From: Bdellovibrionales bacterium
Lineage (GTDB): Bacteria > Bdellovibrionota > Bdellovibrionia > Bdellovibrionales > UBA1609
Direction of reading: 5' to 3'
Length of the DNA stretch: 64,000 bases
Assembly: GCA_965219095.1 (NCBI GenBank)
Contig: CBDCMT010000001.1
Location: forward strand, 480,001 to 544,000
The translations under genes and the position numbers were made by a program. Below, in pieces: positions 53,987-64,000 of the stretch (positions are counted from its first letter, which is position 1; each line of letters begins with the position of its first letter). The notes beneath the pieces were generated by a model. That model did no database searches, had not been told where the DNA came from, and saw only the letters and a program-made list of their open reading frames with translations.

Positions 53987-54645
53987 TTATTCGTCCTTTC
54001 TTGCCATTTTTCTTAGGAAATTCTGGAAGCTCTAATGCCTATACCATACTGAAGAGGACCACTCATACCTTTAGGAAATTGACCTTTATTTCTAGCTCCA
54101 CATGAGGGACAATCCTTAACCTCAGAAGTTACAGTATGGGTTTGAATTTCATAAAAAATATCAATCTTTTTACGCTTTTCAAGGCTTTTTACCTCTGCTG
54201 TCTTTAAAAACATCCCACACTGAGAACACTCTGAGGGAGAGACAGTCTCCTCACTGTTTGTATCTTTACTGTTATCAAGTCTAGAGCCCTTTTTCTGACT
54301 CCCACTAGCTTTCTTATTACGATTCCCTTGACGACTAAAATCTTGCGAAGGAGGAAGCCCGCTGTTGCTGGAATTTTTTCGAACCTGTTTTTCTAAAAGC
54401 ACAACAATCAGAATGTTCACAACCTTAAAGAGAGATTCAACAATCACAGAAATCTCAGTAGGCACAGAACCTTTCTTTGCAAGCTTATCAAAGTCACTTC
54501 TTATATTTTCAATCTCATTTCTGATGGAGGTCTTATTTATTGTCATTTGAAAAAAGTATTTAAAAGAAAATCTGTAAGAGCAAGACTTTTATCTTAAAAC
54601 AGGTCTAAAGTTAGGGATAACTGAACAATGTAGGTGAGCAGTTAC
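53987..54645 (-). mobile_element. IS66 partial copy with internal deletion
   Basis: Near-identical 5' part and left TIR; deletion joined at AGAGCTTCCA microhomology. Confidence 0.88.
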
Positions 54646-54760
54646 ATTTTAGAAAGGTTAAAAGCTCTTACCTAAATAGTTAAGAAAATAGGGCTTATAA
54701 AACAAAATAATGAGAAAGTGTTTAAAAATTAAACACTTTCAAGCCATAGGAGGTTAAGTT

Positions 54761-55246
54761 ATGAAAATAAAAAGTTTTTTCCATTTAGCGAGCATAATTT
54801 TTTTGCTTGCTTTTTTCAGCTTTTTTGTCTCTCAGAAAGAGTCAGTAAAATGCTATGCTTTAGGAAGTTTTTATGATCAAAGATGCTTTAAAGAAGAGAA
54901 AGTTTATGGGTATGAATACGAAATCGAAGCTTTAAATAAAACTTTAGGTGGATGGGTTCGTTCCTCTCCTGCCATAATGAATAATGAAATAATTGTCGTA
55001 GGTTCTGATAATGGAAATGTTTATGCTTTAGAGCTTATTAAGGATGATGGGTTTTTTGATGATAGGTTGGTTAAAGTAGATTCTTTTCAAACAGGTGGAT
55101 GGGTTCGTTCCTCTCCTGCTATAATGAATAATGGAACAATTGTCGTAGGTTCTGATGATAAAAATGTTTATGCTTTAGGTCTTACAGAAAAAAAATTAAT
55201 AAAAACATATCAAAAACAGGTTACTTGCAAGGAGGAAGCAAAATAG
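54761..55246 (+). CDS. Exported protein with two PQQ-like beta-propeller repeats (probably shortened)
   Basis: GGWVRSSPAIMNN..IVVGSD..NVYAL twice; AGGAGG RBS. Confidence 0.7.
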   Translation: MKIKSFFHLASIIFLLAFFSFFVSQKESVKCYALGSFYDQRCFKEEKVYGYEYEIEALNKTLGGWVRSSPAIMNNEIIVVGSDNGNVYALELIKDDGFFDDRLVKVDSFQTGGWVRSSPAIMNNGTIVVGSDDKNVYALGLTEKKLIKTYQKQVTCKEEAK

Positions 55247-55551
55247 ATTGCCATTGGAAAACTGCTAGAACCTCCAGAAACTTTACAGATTCTTTTGAGG
55301 AGGCATAAATTTTATCATTTTCTAAAGGGCGAACTCAGGACTCAGAAAGAAAATATGGATAACCAGCCTTTTTTTTTGAAAGGCTGGGACTTAAAAACTC
55401 TGATTAGAAGAGTTAGACTCATCTAAGAAATATCCTCCTCAGTAGAAGTCAAGGGCTGTTAAGAAACCGACTTACATTTATCAGGAGTATTCTATTGAAA
55501 AAAAACAGGCTCTTAGTCCTGAAACCTAGTACCAAAATTAACAGATTTCAG

Positions 55552-55624
55552 GTAGAAAGTAACAGGGATAAAGATCATACAGCATAAAAATCCTAGGCTT
55601 TTGTCAATTTTTCATGTTCGACTA
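55552..55624 (+). mobile_element. IS5 right-end fragment overlapping the ATPase stop codon
   Basis: Reverse complement of 11770-11842. Confidence 0.75.
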
Positions 55625-56247
55625 CTTACTTGGCCCTTATTAATAAACAAGGTTTTTTGGCAGAGAAGACTTCTATCCCCTTCATTATGCGTGATAAAAA
55701 GTGTGGGTGTTTTATAATCTCTTACCATGTCCCTTACAAGAAGACAAGATTGCCTCCTTGTTTTATCATCTAAATTTGAAAAAGGCTCATCTAGGAATAG
55801 AAACCGAGATTTTAATATAAGACAGCGAGCAAGACTCACCCTTTGTTCTTCTCCTCCTGATAAAAACTTTGCCTTTTTCTTTAAAAGGTGAGCTATACTC
55901 AGCCTTTCAACTAATTCACAAAGTCTTTTTTGATTCACCTTCTGCTTTCTAGCTAAGACAGGAAATAAAATATTTTCCTCACATGTAAGATGAGAGAAAA
56001 GATTGGTTCCTTGAAAAAGAAAAGAAAGTTTTCTTTCCGGAGGAGGAAGAAGGCTTAAATTTTCTTTCCCAAAAAACCATTGGTACTTTGCTTGAGATTC
56101 AAGTCCCAATAACACTCTCATAAAAGTGGACTTTCCTGAGCCACTAGGACCCCAAAGGCAAGTAATACCATCGTCTAAAAACTCTAAACGAGAAGCTTCA
56201 AGACGAAAATCACCTAAGTCTAAACTCAGATCTTTCACTAAAGACAT
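55612..56247 (-). CDS. thiQ: ABC ATP-binding protein, thiamine transporter-like
   Basis: GPSGSGKST, LSGGEEQR, LDEPF; adjacent to thiP-like permease. Confidence 0.7.
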   Translation of the reverse strand: MSLVKDLSLDLGDFRLEASRLEFLDDGITCLWGPSGSGKSTFMRVLLGLESQAKYQWFFGKENLSLLPPPERKLSFLFQGTNLFSHLTCEENILFPVLARKQKVNQKRLCELVERLSIAHLLKKKAKFLSGGEEQRVSLARCLILKSRFLFLDEPFSNLDDKTRRQSCLLVRDMVRDYKTPTLFITHNEGDRSLLCQKTLFINKGQVSSRT

Positions 56248-57658
56248 AACCTAGAAACCTCCAAAATAAAAAAACAAAAAAACCTAATATCATCATAAGC
56301 CAACTTACACAGGTAGCTTCCTCCAGTCTATATGTTTTTAAAAAACTTTGTGCTAAAAGAGAAAGAGGAGTTTTGGTTTCCAAAAGAATGGCTGAGAGTC
56401 CAAAGTCTCCTGCTGCCCAAAAAGAAGCTAAACCTGCTAAAAAACCAAAGGTATTTGAAGTTTTAGGGAAAATAACTTTTCTAAAAGTAAAGAACCTTGA
56501 AGCTTGTAACATATAAGATAAACTAACCTCCTTTTGAAGATCATTTAAAGTGCTTTTTCCTCCTAAACGATAAAGTTGTGGCAAAAAAGAAAGACTAAGA
56601 GCTAGAATAAGTGCCATGATTGATCCTCCACTGTAAAGAAGAAGATAGCTAAAACCTAATATAGCTGTACTTGGTGCCATATAAAGAGATAAGAATTTTT
56701 TAAAAAATTGATTTCGTTTATAAAATAAAGAATGAAAGCAAAACGATATAAGACAAAGCATAAAAAAACAAAAAGCCCCCACAAAAAAGGCAATAAAAAA
56801 AGAAACTACAAGAGGATCTATCAAAAGATCGAAAGAAATTCTTTTAAAACCTATAAAAAAACGAGGTAAATTAAAAATAAGAACAAAGAAGAGAAAAATA
56901 AGAAGGACCAAAAGCCCTGAATAGGTCTTGAAGAAAGGGGGAGAGTTTCCTCTATTAATGGTGATTTGAGAGTAATCTCCTTCTCTTATAAAAAAGAAAA
57001 AGAAGGCTAAGAAAAAACTTTCAAACAAAGCTAAGCTTAGACCTTCAGCCCACAAACCTTCAATTTTAATTTTTTCATAAATGAGAGTTTCTATGGTCAA
57101 AAAATCCAAGCCTCCTAATAAAAAAGGAACCGTAAAGCTTGTAAAACAAAAGGCAAAAATGGAAATAAAAATAAGAAAAAAATCCTTTTTTAAATATGGT
57201 AGAATAATTTTTTTACAGAAAATAAAGGGAGAACTTTTTTCTAAATAAGCTCTTGAAAGCCAAAAACTCATTTTTCTTTCTATAAGACGAAAGATCACTA
57301 CGCTCACGAAACCTGCATTCATAAGAGTATGGGTGATGATAACAGGCCATAGTCCCTCAGAAGACGAAAAGTTCATAAAACTCAGAACCACAAAAAGACT
57401 GGGAAGAAAAGCAGGTATAAAAATAAGAACTTCAAACACTCTTTTTTTCTGTGTAGACTTTAAGGAAAGAAGAGATAAAGCTCCACAAAAGCCTACACAT
57501 AAAGACAAAAGAGAACTTAAAAAAGCTTGTAAAGTGGTATGCTTAATAGCAAAAAAAAGTTCACCGAAAGAGAGGGAGGACAAGGATCCTATCTTTAAAA
57601 AAAGAATGATAAAAGGCGAAATAAAAAAACTAAAAATCAAAAATTTTAAAAATTTCAT
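56210..57658 (-). CDS. thiP: ABC permease, ThiP-like (duplicated membrane domain)
   Basis: Very hydrophobic; FAFCFTSF..LLGG..TIE motif. Confidence 0.7.
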   Translation of the reverse strand: MKFLKFLIFSFFISPFIILFLKIGSLSSLSFGELFFAIKHTTLQAFLSSLLSLCVGFCGALSLLSLKSTQKKRVFEVLIFIPAFLPSLFVVLSFMNFSSSEGLWPVIITHTLMNAGFVSVVIFRLIERKMSFWLSRAYLEKSSPFIFCKKIILPYLKKDFFLIFISIFAFCFTSFTVPFLLGGLDFLTIETLIYEKIKIEGLWAEGLSLALFESFFLAFFFFFIREGDYSQITINRGNSPPFFKTYSGLLVLLIFLFFVLIFNLPRFFIGFKRISFDLLIDPLVVSFFIAFFVGAFCFFMLCLISFCFHSLFYKRNQFFKKFLSLYMAPSTAILGFSYLLLYSGGSIMALILALSLSFLPQLYRLGGKSTLNDLQKEVSLSYMLQASRFFTFRKVIFPKTSNTFGFLAGLASFWAAGDFGLSAILLETKTPLSLLAQSFLKTYRLEEATCVSWLMMILGFFVFLFWRFLGYVFSERSEFRLR

Positions 57659-57990
57659 TTTAGATGTCCCAACTCAAATTCTTTATTCTTTTAAAACTTC
57701 CTCGCTGAGACCATATCCAATGTAGCTGTTTTTTTATCATAGCCTTATACAAAACTTCATACAGTAATTTTTTTAAAAAGTAACATATTAGTGCTTTCAT
57801 TAAAATCTTCATATCATTGTTTCTTATAAAGCATGCATAAAAACCTAAGCCCTATGATTATAAGGTACACCTTACATTCCTTTCTGAAAAATCTAAAAAC
57901 AAATAAGAGCCTAATAGCTGTGTACAAAATTTTTTTGATAGCTTGCCTTAAAGTTCTTTTAACAAACACTGTTTTTCTCCTAGTTATGTT

Positions 57991-59052
57991 CTAAAAGAGT
58001 TGATTGCAGGTACGGGAAGAAGGGTAAATTTTTTTAATTCTATTTCCTATTCTTTTATCAGCTATATACTGTTTGTATTCATTCCAATTAAGCCCACTCT
58101 CTTCTACATAATTTCTGTAAACAGAAATAATAAGCCCTGAGGATAAAGATGTTTTATAAGCGTGTAAATTTTTTTTTCTATCCCATGTCCACGAAATTTT
58201 CTCTTCATAGTGTTTTTCCTTGTAAGGTATGGGCTTTTTAAATTGAGATAAATATTTAAGGCGAGCCTCTAGAAGGAGAGTCATTTTTAGATAATGTTCA
58301 GCACTTTGCTGTGGCTGAAACCCTCTTACTTCTATAGTATCTTCATGATTTAAATTAACGGCTTGGTATTTCCTACCTCCACCGCCACTCTCTAGAGGGA
58401 GGGAATCGCTGTGAATCCCATAAACATCGTAATTGATTCTATTTAGAAGGTAGTGGTAGTCAAAAGTAATTTCTTTATGAGAAAGAATACTTTTATCAAC
58501 TTCTTTTAATAAGCTCTTTAATTCTCTTTTAGACTCTTTACCTAAAACAGCTAAAGGAGGGGCGTTAAGATAATCATGGCTGAGGGCTCCCATAAACAAC
58601 TCAGAATTGTTATAAAGATCAACTAAGAAATTTCGAAATAAAAGAATGTTATTTTTAAAGTGTGTTCTTTTATCTAGATGGATATGGCCCCCTACTAATC
58701 GGTAGTGAGGTTTAAAACCTTCCTTTTTGACTGAATCAAAAATCAACTGTATGTTTTGTAATTGATCTTTGATTTGCCTTGTGGTCATAGGGGAAGCTTT
58801 AATTTCTATAACTGGCGAATCATAGGTGAGAAAATAATCAAAGCCGTCAAGAGTAAAACTTAAATAACCTTTAAATTTACAGTGATGGCATTTAGACTTT
58901 ATAATCTTACTTATCTTCGAAAGAGAGTTCCCTATACTATAAGAATCGTTAATTCTAGGGTTATAAAAAGTCCATTCAGGGCCAAAAAGTCCGCCCGTAG
59001 ACCATGCTTTCAAAGAAAAAAATAGAGTGAGAACAAATAGGAAAAGCTTCAT
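57991..59052 (-). CDS. Exported amidoligase-like (glutamine synthetase/GCS fold) protein
   Basis: FGPEWTF, IEIKASP, GGHIHLD, KYQAVNL, TIEVR. Confidence 0.55.
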   Translation of the reverse strand: MKLFLFVLTLFFSLKAWSTGGLFGPEWTFYNPRINDSYSIGNSLSKISKIIKSKCHHCKFKGYLSFTLDGFDYFLTYDSPVIEIKASPMTTRQIKDQLQNIQLIFDSVKKEGFKPHYRLVGGHIHLDKRTHFKNNILLFRNFLVDLYNNSELFMGALSHDYLNAPPLAVLGKESKRELKSLLKEVDKSILSHKEITFDYHYLLNRINYDVYGIHSDSLPLESGGGGRKYQAVNLNHEDTIEVRGFQPQQSAEHYLKMTLLLEARLKYLSQFKKPIPYKEKHYEEKISWTWDRKKNLHAYKTSLSSGLIISVYRNYVEESGLNWNEYKQYIADKRIGNRIKKIYPSSRTCNQLF

Positions 59053-59390
59053 ATTTAACCTTTTTTTATAGTCTTTAGGTGTTTTTACAAATCACTTTTT
59101 AATTTTTCCTTTTAGGGCTTTTGATTGTATTTTACAAAGTTTTTAACATTATAACTCACTGTGTTATAATGTCAGAGTTGTCCAAATGAGTGTTGAGAGA
59201 AGTTTTTTTCTAAAACCATCTCTTTTTGAAAACAGGGATAAATAATAAGCTGTGATAGTCAATTCAAAATTCAAGATCCTGTAAATTAAATTGTGTAACT
59301 GATTTTTTCTCTTAAAGGTTCAAAGCATTCTACAAAGATCAAACTTGAGCAATCAAACTTAAACAATGTAAGTTTTATTTTTCACAAGCT

Positions 59391-60404
59391 TTATTTTCTC
59401 ATAATCTGTGTTTTCCAAGAATCAATCCATTTTTGCTTTTCTTTATAAAAATGACTTTGTATTTTTTGTATTTTAAGCTTTGGCAGTCTTTCAAAGTAAG
59501 TGCCTTTTATGAGGCCTTTTACAGAAGGATACATGTAATTACGTTGGCTTATAATCTTTTGAGCTTTCTTACTTAAAAGAAAACGTGCAAACCTTTCAGC
59601 TAACTCACAATTCTTACAAGAAGAGGGAATAGCCATATACTCAATCTGCAAGGGGTGACCTTTCTTAAAAGAAAGGGCTTGGTACTGAAATTCTGACCTA
59701 TCCTTCCAGTGATAAACAAGGGATGTAAGATAAGAGAAAATAAGACGTGCTTTCATTTCTGTAAATAAACCGTAGGATGAAGACCATGAGGGCGAAATAC
59801 GAAAGATGTTTTTTTTAAGTTTTTTATAGTACTCTAAAGATCTTGTTTCATTAAGAGTCCATAGCAAGAACTCAAGACCAGGAGTGCTTTGTCTTGGATC
59901 CTGCAAAACAATCTTCTTTCTTAATTCATCTGATAGAAGATCTTCTAAACGTTGGGGAGGAAAGGGGATTTGATTTTTTCTATAAATAAAAGTCATAGGT
60001 GAGAAATCATAAGGAATGAAATCAAGATTCTTAGCCTTCAAATCTAAATTTTCATCCCAACTAATAGAAGACAAATTCAAACTCTTCCAAGAAAATATCT
60101 TTTTAGCCTCATAGACAGAAGCCTTATCAAAACCTATGACCATATCTAAAGATTCTTTTATCAATTTCATTCTCTGTAAGATTAGTCCTGCAGAACCTGC
60201 TCTTATAAGGTCTACTTTACAATCACAGCTTTCCTCAAATATTTTAACTAAAACAGGCCCAGGTCCTGAAGAACTCTGAAAAGAAGAGTAAGTAAAAATT
60301 CGAAGCCTTGTTTTGTGAACTGTTTTTTTTTGAAACACAAAAATCAAGATCATCACTAATAGGAATAAGGCTAAAATAAGTGCATAAAAGATTTTTTGCT
60401 TCAT
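59391..60404 (-). CDS. thiB: Thiamine ABC transporter substrate-binding protein
   Basis: TYSSF..GPGP..FE..CDC, DPRQSTPG, WSSSYGLF, SYLTS, NYMYP. Confidence 0.85.
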   Translation of the reverse strand: MKQKIFYALILALFLLVMILIFVFQKKTVHKTRLRIFTYSSFQSSSGPGPVLVKIFEESCDCKVDLIRAGSAGLILQRMKLIKESLDMVIGFDKASVYEAKKIFSWKSLNLSSISWDENLDLKAKNLDFIPYDFSPMTFIYRKNQIPFPPQRLEDLLSDELRKKIVLQDPRQSTPGLEFLLWTLNETRSLEYYKKLKKNIFRISPSWSSSYGLFTEMKARLIFSYLTSLVYHWKDRSEFQYQALSFKKGHPLQIEYMAIPSSCKNCELAERFARFLLSKKAQKIISQRNYMYPSVKGLIKGTYFERLPKLKIQKIQSHFYKEKQKWIDSWKTQIMRK

Positions 60405-60524
60405 AATTTAAAACCTAAAATAACAAAAAGCTTCTAAAAAAGGCACCAGCTTGACATATCGCAATAACTTTCTATTTTCTTTTTCATAGATGATTTATCC
60501 TCACAATCGCTATAAGAGATTTTG

Positions 60525-62375
60525 TTAGCCCATCAATGCTTTTTCCATTAATGCATTTTCTAAAAGTTCTTCTGCTTTAATCCTTGATTCATTTGTAAAT
60601 TCTATCCCTATAGTTTTCTTCTCCTTAGAAATCCAGCGAACAAGACCCTCTAATTTAGTGTTTTTAATAAGAAGGGATACCTTTTCATTTTCCTTGATGT
60701 TTTTATAAAAAGAGTTTTCACAAGAAAAAGCTAAGCCCCCTAAACTAAAAGAGTCAATTTGTCCTTGGAGAAGATGATAGAGGGAAGAAGATAAGTTAGC
60801 CTGCCATTGAATAGAAAAACGTTCAAATTTTCTTCTCTTATCAAAGACGGAACTTTTTAAAAAGAAGATCAGTAAAAGGGGTAAAAGTAGTAAGAAACTA
60901 ATGAGAAAAAATCTGACAGGCTGAAAAGAATTGAAAGGTCTTTTAAGAGAGTCTTTTGTTTGTCGGTAAGCAATTGTACCACAACCTCCTCCTAAAAATT
61001 GAGCTTGGGTCATAGGAAGATAAGATCCTTCATTGTAATCAGGAGCTTCACTGCTATAAAAGTCAGTAGAAAGATTATGAAAATTTTCTTTGCTTATTTT
61101 TTTAAAAAACCCCCCTGACTTTAAGAAAGCATCTAAAGTTGTGTTCTTTGTGGTTGATTGCTCAATAGCTTGATGAATTTGATAGCTAGAAAGGGAGGGT
61201 TCTTTCATGGATATGTAGGTTGCGAAAGCTGTAATAAAAGGTGTTGACATACTTGTTCCTGAAACAGGAACAAAAAGGTTATTTGGTGATGAGGTTAAAA
61301 TGTTCTCTCCTGGTGCAGCAAGTATCACTTTATTTTTTCCATAGTTAGAAAATCCAGAAAGTTGATTCGTTTTTCCGTTAATAGAGGCAACAGATATTAA
61401 ACTGGGAATAGGAAGTACCGCAGGATAAGATTCTCTTTTATCTAAGTTTAGAGTTTCATTACCAGAAGCTGCTGAAATAAAAACACCCTTCCTGTAAGCA
61501 TAGGCTAAGGCTTTATGTAAAGTGTGACTGTAAGAAAGACTTCCAAAAGATAAATTTAAAAAACTAGCCCCATGATCTACAGCATAATAAACAGCATTTG
61601 CTATAGAAGAGCTAGGAGCTTTACCATCCAATCTAAAAACTTTTAAAGGCATAATTTGAAAAGGCACAGATTTTACTTTTTCAGAAAAGATATTAACAAA
61701 GGAACCTAAAATAATGCCACTGACGTAGGTGCCATGTCCTCGGTTGTCTGTTATGTCATTGTTATGATCTACAAAATTCCATCCCTCCCTATCATCTATG
61801 AAACCGTTCTTATCATCATCAATACCGTTTTCAGAAATCTCTTTTTCATTTCTCCAAAGGACCTGGCTTTCTTGAAAGATTTTGTGCTCAGAATCAATCC
61901 CTGTATCAATGACAGCAATGATAGGCTTTTTATAAACCTGTGAAACATTTCTTTCAATAAAAACCTCTTCATCTTGTGATGAGGTTTTGAGAAGTTGACC
62001 GCTAAATTCATAGAAATCTTGAATGTCGGTCTGACTTAAAGTTTGAATGGAAAAAAGATTTAAGGAAGCTTTAACTTCTGAAAGACTATAAAGATAATCC
62101 CACTCAACATACTCTACTGAAGGATTATCAAGCAAATCTTCCCAATCAGCTTGAGATCTAGCTTTTTTGGTATGAATTTGTTTATGGAGTCTTTTTAAAC
62201 CTTGAGCTTTTAAAAGGCTCTTTTGTGTTTGTGCTTTGAATTGAACAATGATTTCACCTGTGTGAACCTGATCCGAAAAAAGACAGTAAGGTAAAGAGCA
62301 ATAAAGAAAACTCGTTATAAAAAATAACTTTAATAACTTTTTTTTCATTAGGACCTTTCTTTTATTATAATTCAT
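60525..62375 (-). CDS. S8 subtilisin-like serine protease with C-terminal TM helix and PilZ domain
   Basis: IDTG, HGT, GTSMS triad; GGGCG before TM; RRKFER..SFSLGG. Confidence 0.88.
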   Translation of the reverse strand: MNYNKRKVLMKKKLLKLFFITSFLYCSLPYCLFSDQVHTGEIIVQFKAQTQKSLLKAQGLKRLHKQIHTKKARSQADWEDLLDNPSVEYVEWDYLYSLSEVKASLNLFSIQTLSQTDIQDFYEFSGQLLKTSSQDEEVFIERNVSQVYKKPIIAVIDTGIDSEHKIFQESQVLWRNEKEISENGIDDDKNGFIDDREGWNFVDHNNDITDNRGHGTYVSGIILGSFVNIFSEKVKSVPFQIMPLKVFRLDGKAPSSSIANAVYYAVDHGASFLNLSFGSLSYSHTLHKALAYAYRKGVFISAASGNETLNLDKRESYPAVLPIPSLISVASINGKTNQLSGFSNYGKNKVILAAPGENILTSSPNNLFVPVSGTSMSTPFITAFATYISMKEPSLSSYQIHQAIEQSTTKNTTLDAFLKSGGFFKKISKENFHNLSTDFYSSEAPDYNEGSYLPMTQAQFLGGGCGTIAYRQTKDSLKRPFNSFQPVRFFLISFLLLLPLLLIFFLKSSVFDKRRKFERFSIQWQANLSSSLYHLLQGQIDSFSLGGLAFSCENSFYKNIKENEKVSLLIKNTKLEGLVRWISKEKKTIGIEFTNESRIKAEELLENALMEKALMG

Positions 62376-62445
62376 GTTCTCCTTATTTCCATAGTTTTAA
62401 AAAAAAATGTTCCATACTGACACATCTCAATATGAAATTTTGAAA

Positions 62446-63294
62446 CATTTTTTAACAAGGGCCATCTAGCTTTTGTTAAAAGGGGTTCATACCCATCTTC
62501 TTTCATTTTTTTGTGTTCTGAAGCTCTCACTTCGTCTAAAGCCTTATTGAGTCTTGCTACGATATGAAACCGATCTAATATATTCAAAGCTTGACTTGCC
62601 CTTTCCTTTATTACTTTTAAATAGGGCTTCCACATATCAGAACACACAAACTGTATATCTTTTGACTTCTCTCCTAGTAAATCAAAAAACTTGTTGAAAC
62701 TCTCCTCTGTTCTTTTTTCTCCTATCCATAGCAAACGAACACTTTCTTTGCTTATTTCATAGACTAAGGTGAGATACTGATGGTTCTTTTTCCATTGTAT
62801 TTCATCTACACCTATAGCTTGTATTCCCTTTAAAACCCTTTGTTTTAAACCATATTCTACGACCCATTCTACCGAAGCATTTTCCAACTGACAAAACTTA
62901 CAAGAAACTTTCCAAGACAGGTGACGACACCAGTCAGCTAAGTACTTCATGTAAAAAATTGTTAGGTTTTTCTTCCCATCTGCCCAAGGTAAATACTCAA
63001 CTTTTACTCCACAGCAAGAACAATTAACTCTTCTTACAAAATAAACAAAAAACACCCTGTAACTTAAAATAGGAAGGGATTCAAAGTCCCGTGATGATTT
63101 ACTGCTGTCATACACTGAACAGGGCTTCTTACAAACACTACAAAAAGCTTGGCCATTTTTAGCCTTAATAGGAACATTAATTGACTTTCTATCTTTTTAA
63201 ATGTCTCCGTATACAAAAGACTTCCATCTTAAACAATCATTTAGTATAGTCTTCAAAAGCATCTCTTCCCTCCTTTTTTTTTTTTTTTGAATAA
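62446..63294 (-). mobile_element. ISL3 partial, frameshifted copy
   Basis: Matches 37721-38588; both termini missing. Confidence 0.88.
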
Positions 63295-64000
63295 AAAGAA
63301 AATGAAACCGACTGGCTTCTGAAGCTTTGTCCTCACTCTTTTTTTTCTTTATAGAAAGGAGTTTTAAAACATAGTAGCCTTCATTTGTATTAGAGAGCAT
63401 CACTTTAGGCATCACTTTAGGAAAAACTTTTCCTATAGCTTTTAGCTTCAAAAGTTCTTCAATGAGATGAGAGTTTTTTCCTAGAGCAGATGAAGAACTA
63501 TTCATGAGAGAAAACTCTCCTGTTTTCAGCCATTTTTTCTTTTTAAGAGCTTTAAGCAAAGTTCTTTCTTTTTGATTTATTGCCCAATAATTTATATTTT
63601 TAAGAAGCTTTTCCGCTTCTTTGGGATCTGTTGATAGCTCATTTTTATTGAATTTTAAATAAGCTATTTTGAGATAGGTTTCTCTTAAATTTCTTTGAAA
63701 CTCCTTTTCACTTTTAGAAAGCTGGGAGCTTTCTTTAAAAGAATTGGAAATATCTTTCAATAAGAATTCTTTTTTTATTTTTGTTTCAAACTGGCGACTT
63801 GTTTTCCCTTGGTTTCTCAAAAACTGCTCGTATCTAAAAAGATCAAACCCCTGTTTATTTCGCAGTACAGGTATGCTTTCAATCCAGTCACGAATTGCAG
63901 CGTCAGGAACAAAGAAGTTTTTCCTGTTCATGGTTTGGTAGAGAACTTCTTGACTGATTAGAGTTCTTAAAATATAGGACTTCAAAATCTTTTGAAATTC
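63295..64000 (-). pseudogene. SurA N-terminal/PpiD-like protein, 3' end fused to ISL3 (5' end outside window)
   Basis: VPDAAIRDWI..IP..GFDLFRYEQFL; ORF reads into the ISL3 leader. Confidence 0.6.

Noticed and set aside
54946..55158. Nucleotide direct repeat as a non-coding array
   Set aside because: Explained by two coding beta-propeller repeats
60405..60524. TPP riboswitch upstream of thiB
   Set aside because: No CUGAGA-containing TPP consensus visible on the minus strand
1..64000. CRISPR array or cas genes
   Set aside because: No run of three or more equal repeats with unique spacers and no Cas motifs seen

Overview
Low-GC bacterial chromosomal window, probably Bdellovibrionota-like (inferred from protein style, not a database search). 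Intact housekeeping blocks are opp/dpp ABC transporter, hisS, FKBP PPIase, queA-tgt-yajC-secD-secF, tRNA-Leu(GAG), namZ, a thiamine-type ABC transporter and an S8-PilZ protease. These are interleaved with a very dense, heavily recombined IS population: four IS630 lineages, ISL3, IS66, IS256, IS5, IS110, a mini-IS1634, IS481/IS3 end scars, MITEs and fold-back palindromes. A decayed integrative island with large serine recombinase(s) starts at the 3' end of tRNA-Leu. Defence-type cargo includes a NYN/PIN RNase, a Schlafen/AlbA_2 ATPase, SIR2 and type III Res-like remnants, SNF2+SWIM and HEPN-MNT(-HsdS); a separate REase+Dam pair lies at 12.7-14.5 kb. Best leads: (1) an intact NYN RNase behind a promoter, a ~65-nt two-hairpin RNA and a terminator, resembling an RNA-antitoxin (type III-like) module; (2) an IS110 with a structured upstream non-coding end (candidate bridge RNA) plus a diverged orphan copy 40 kb away. 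Many frameshifts and fold-backs may be sequencing or assembly artefacts.
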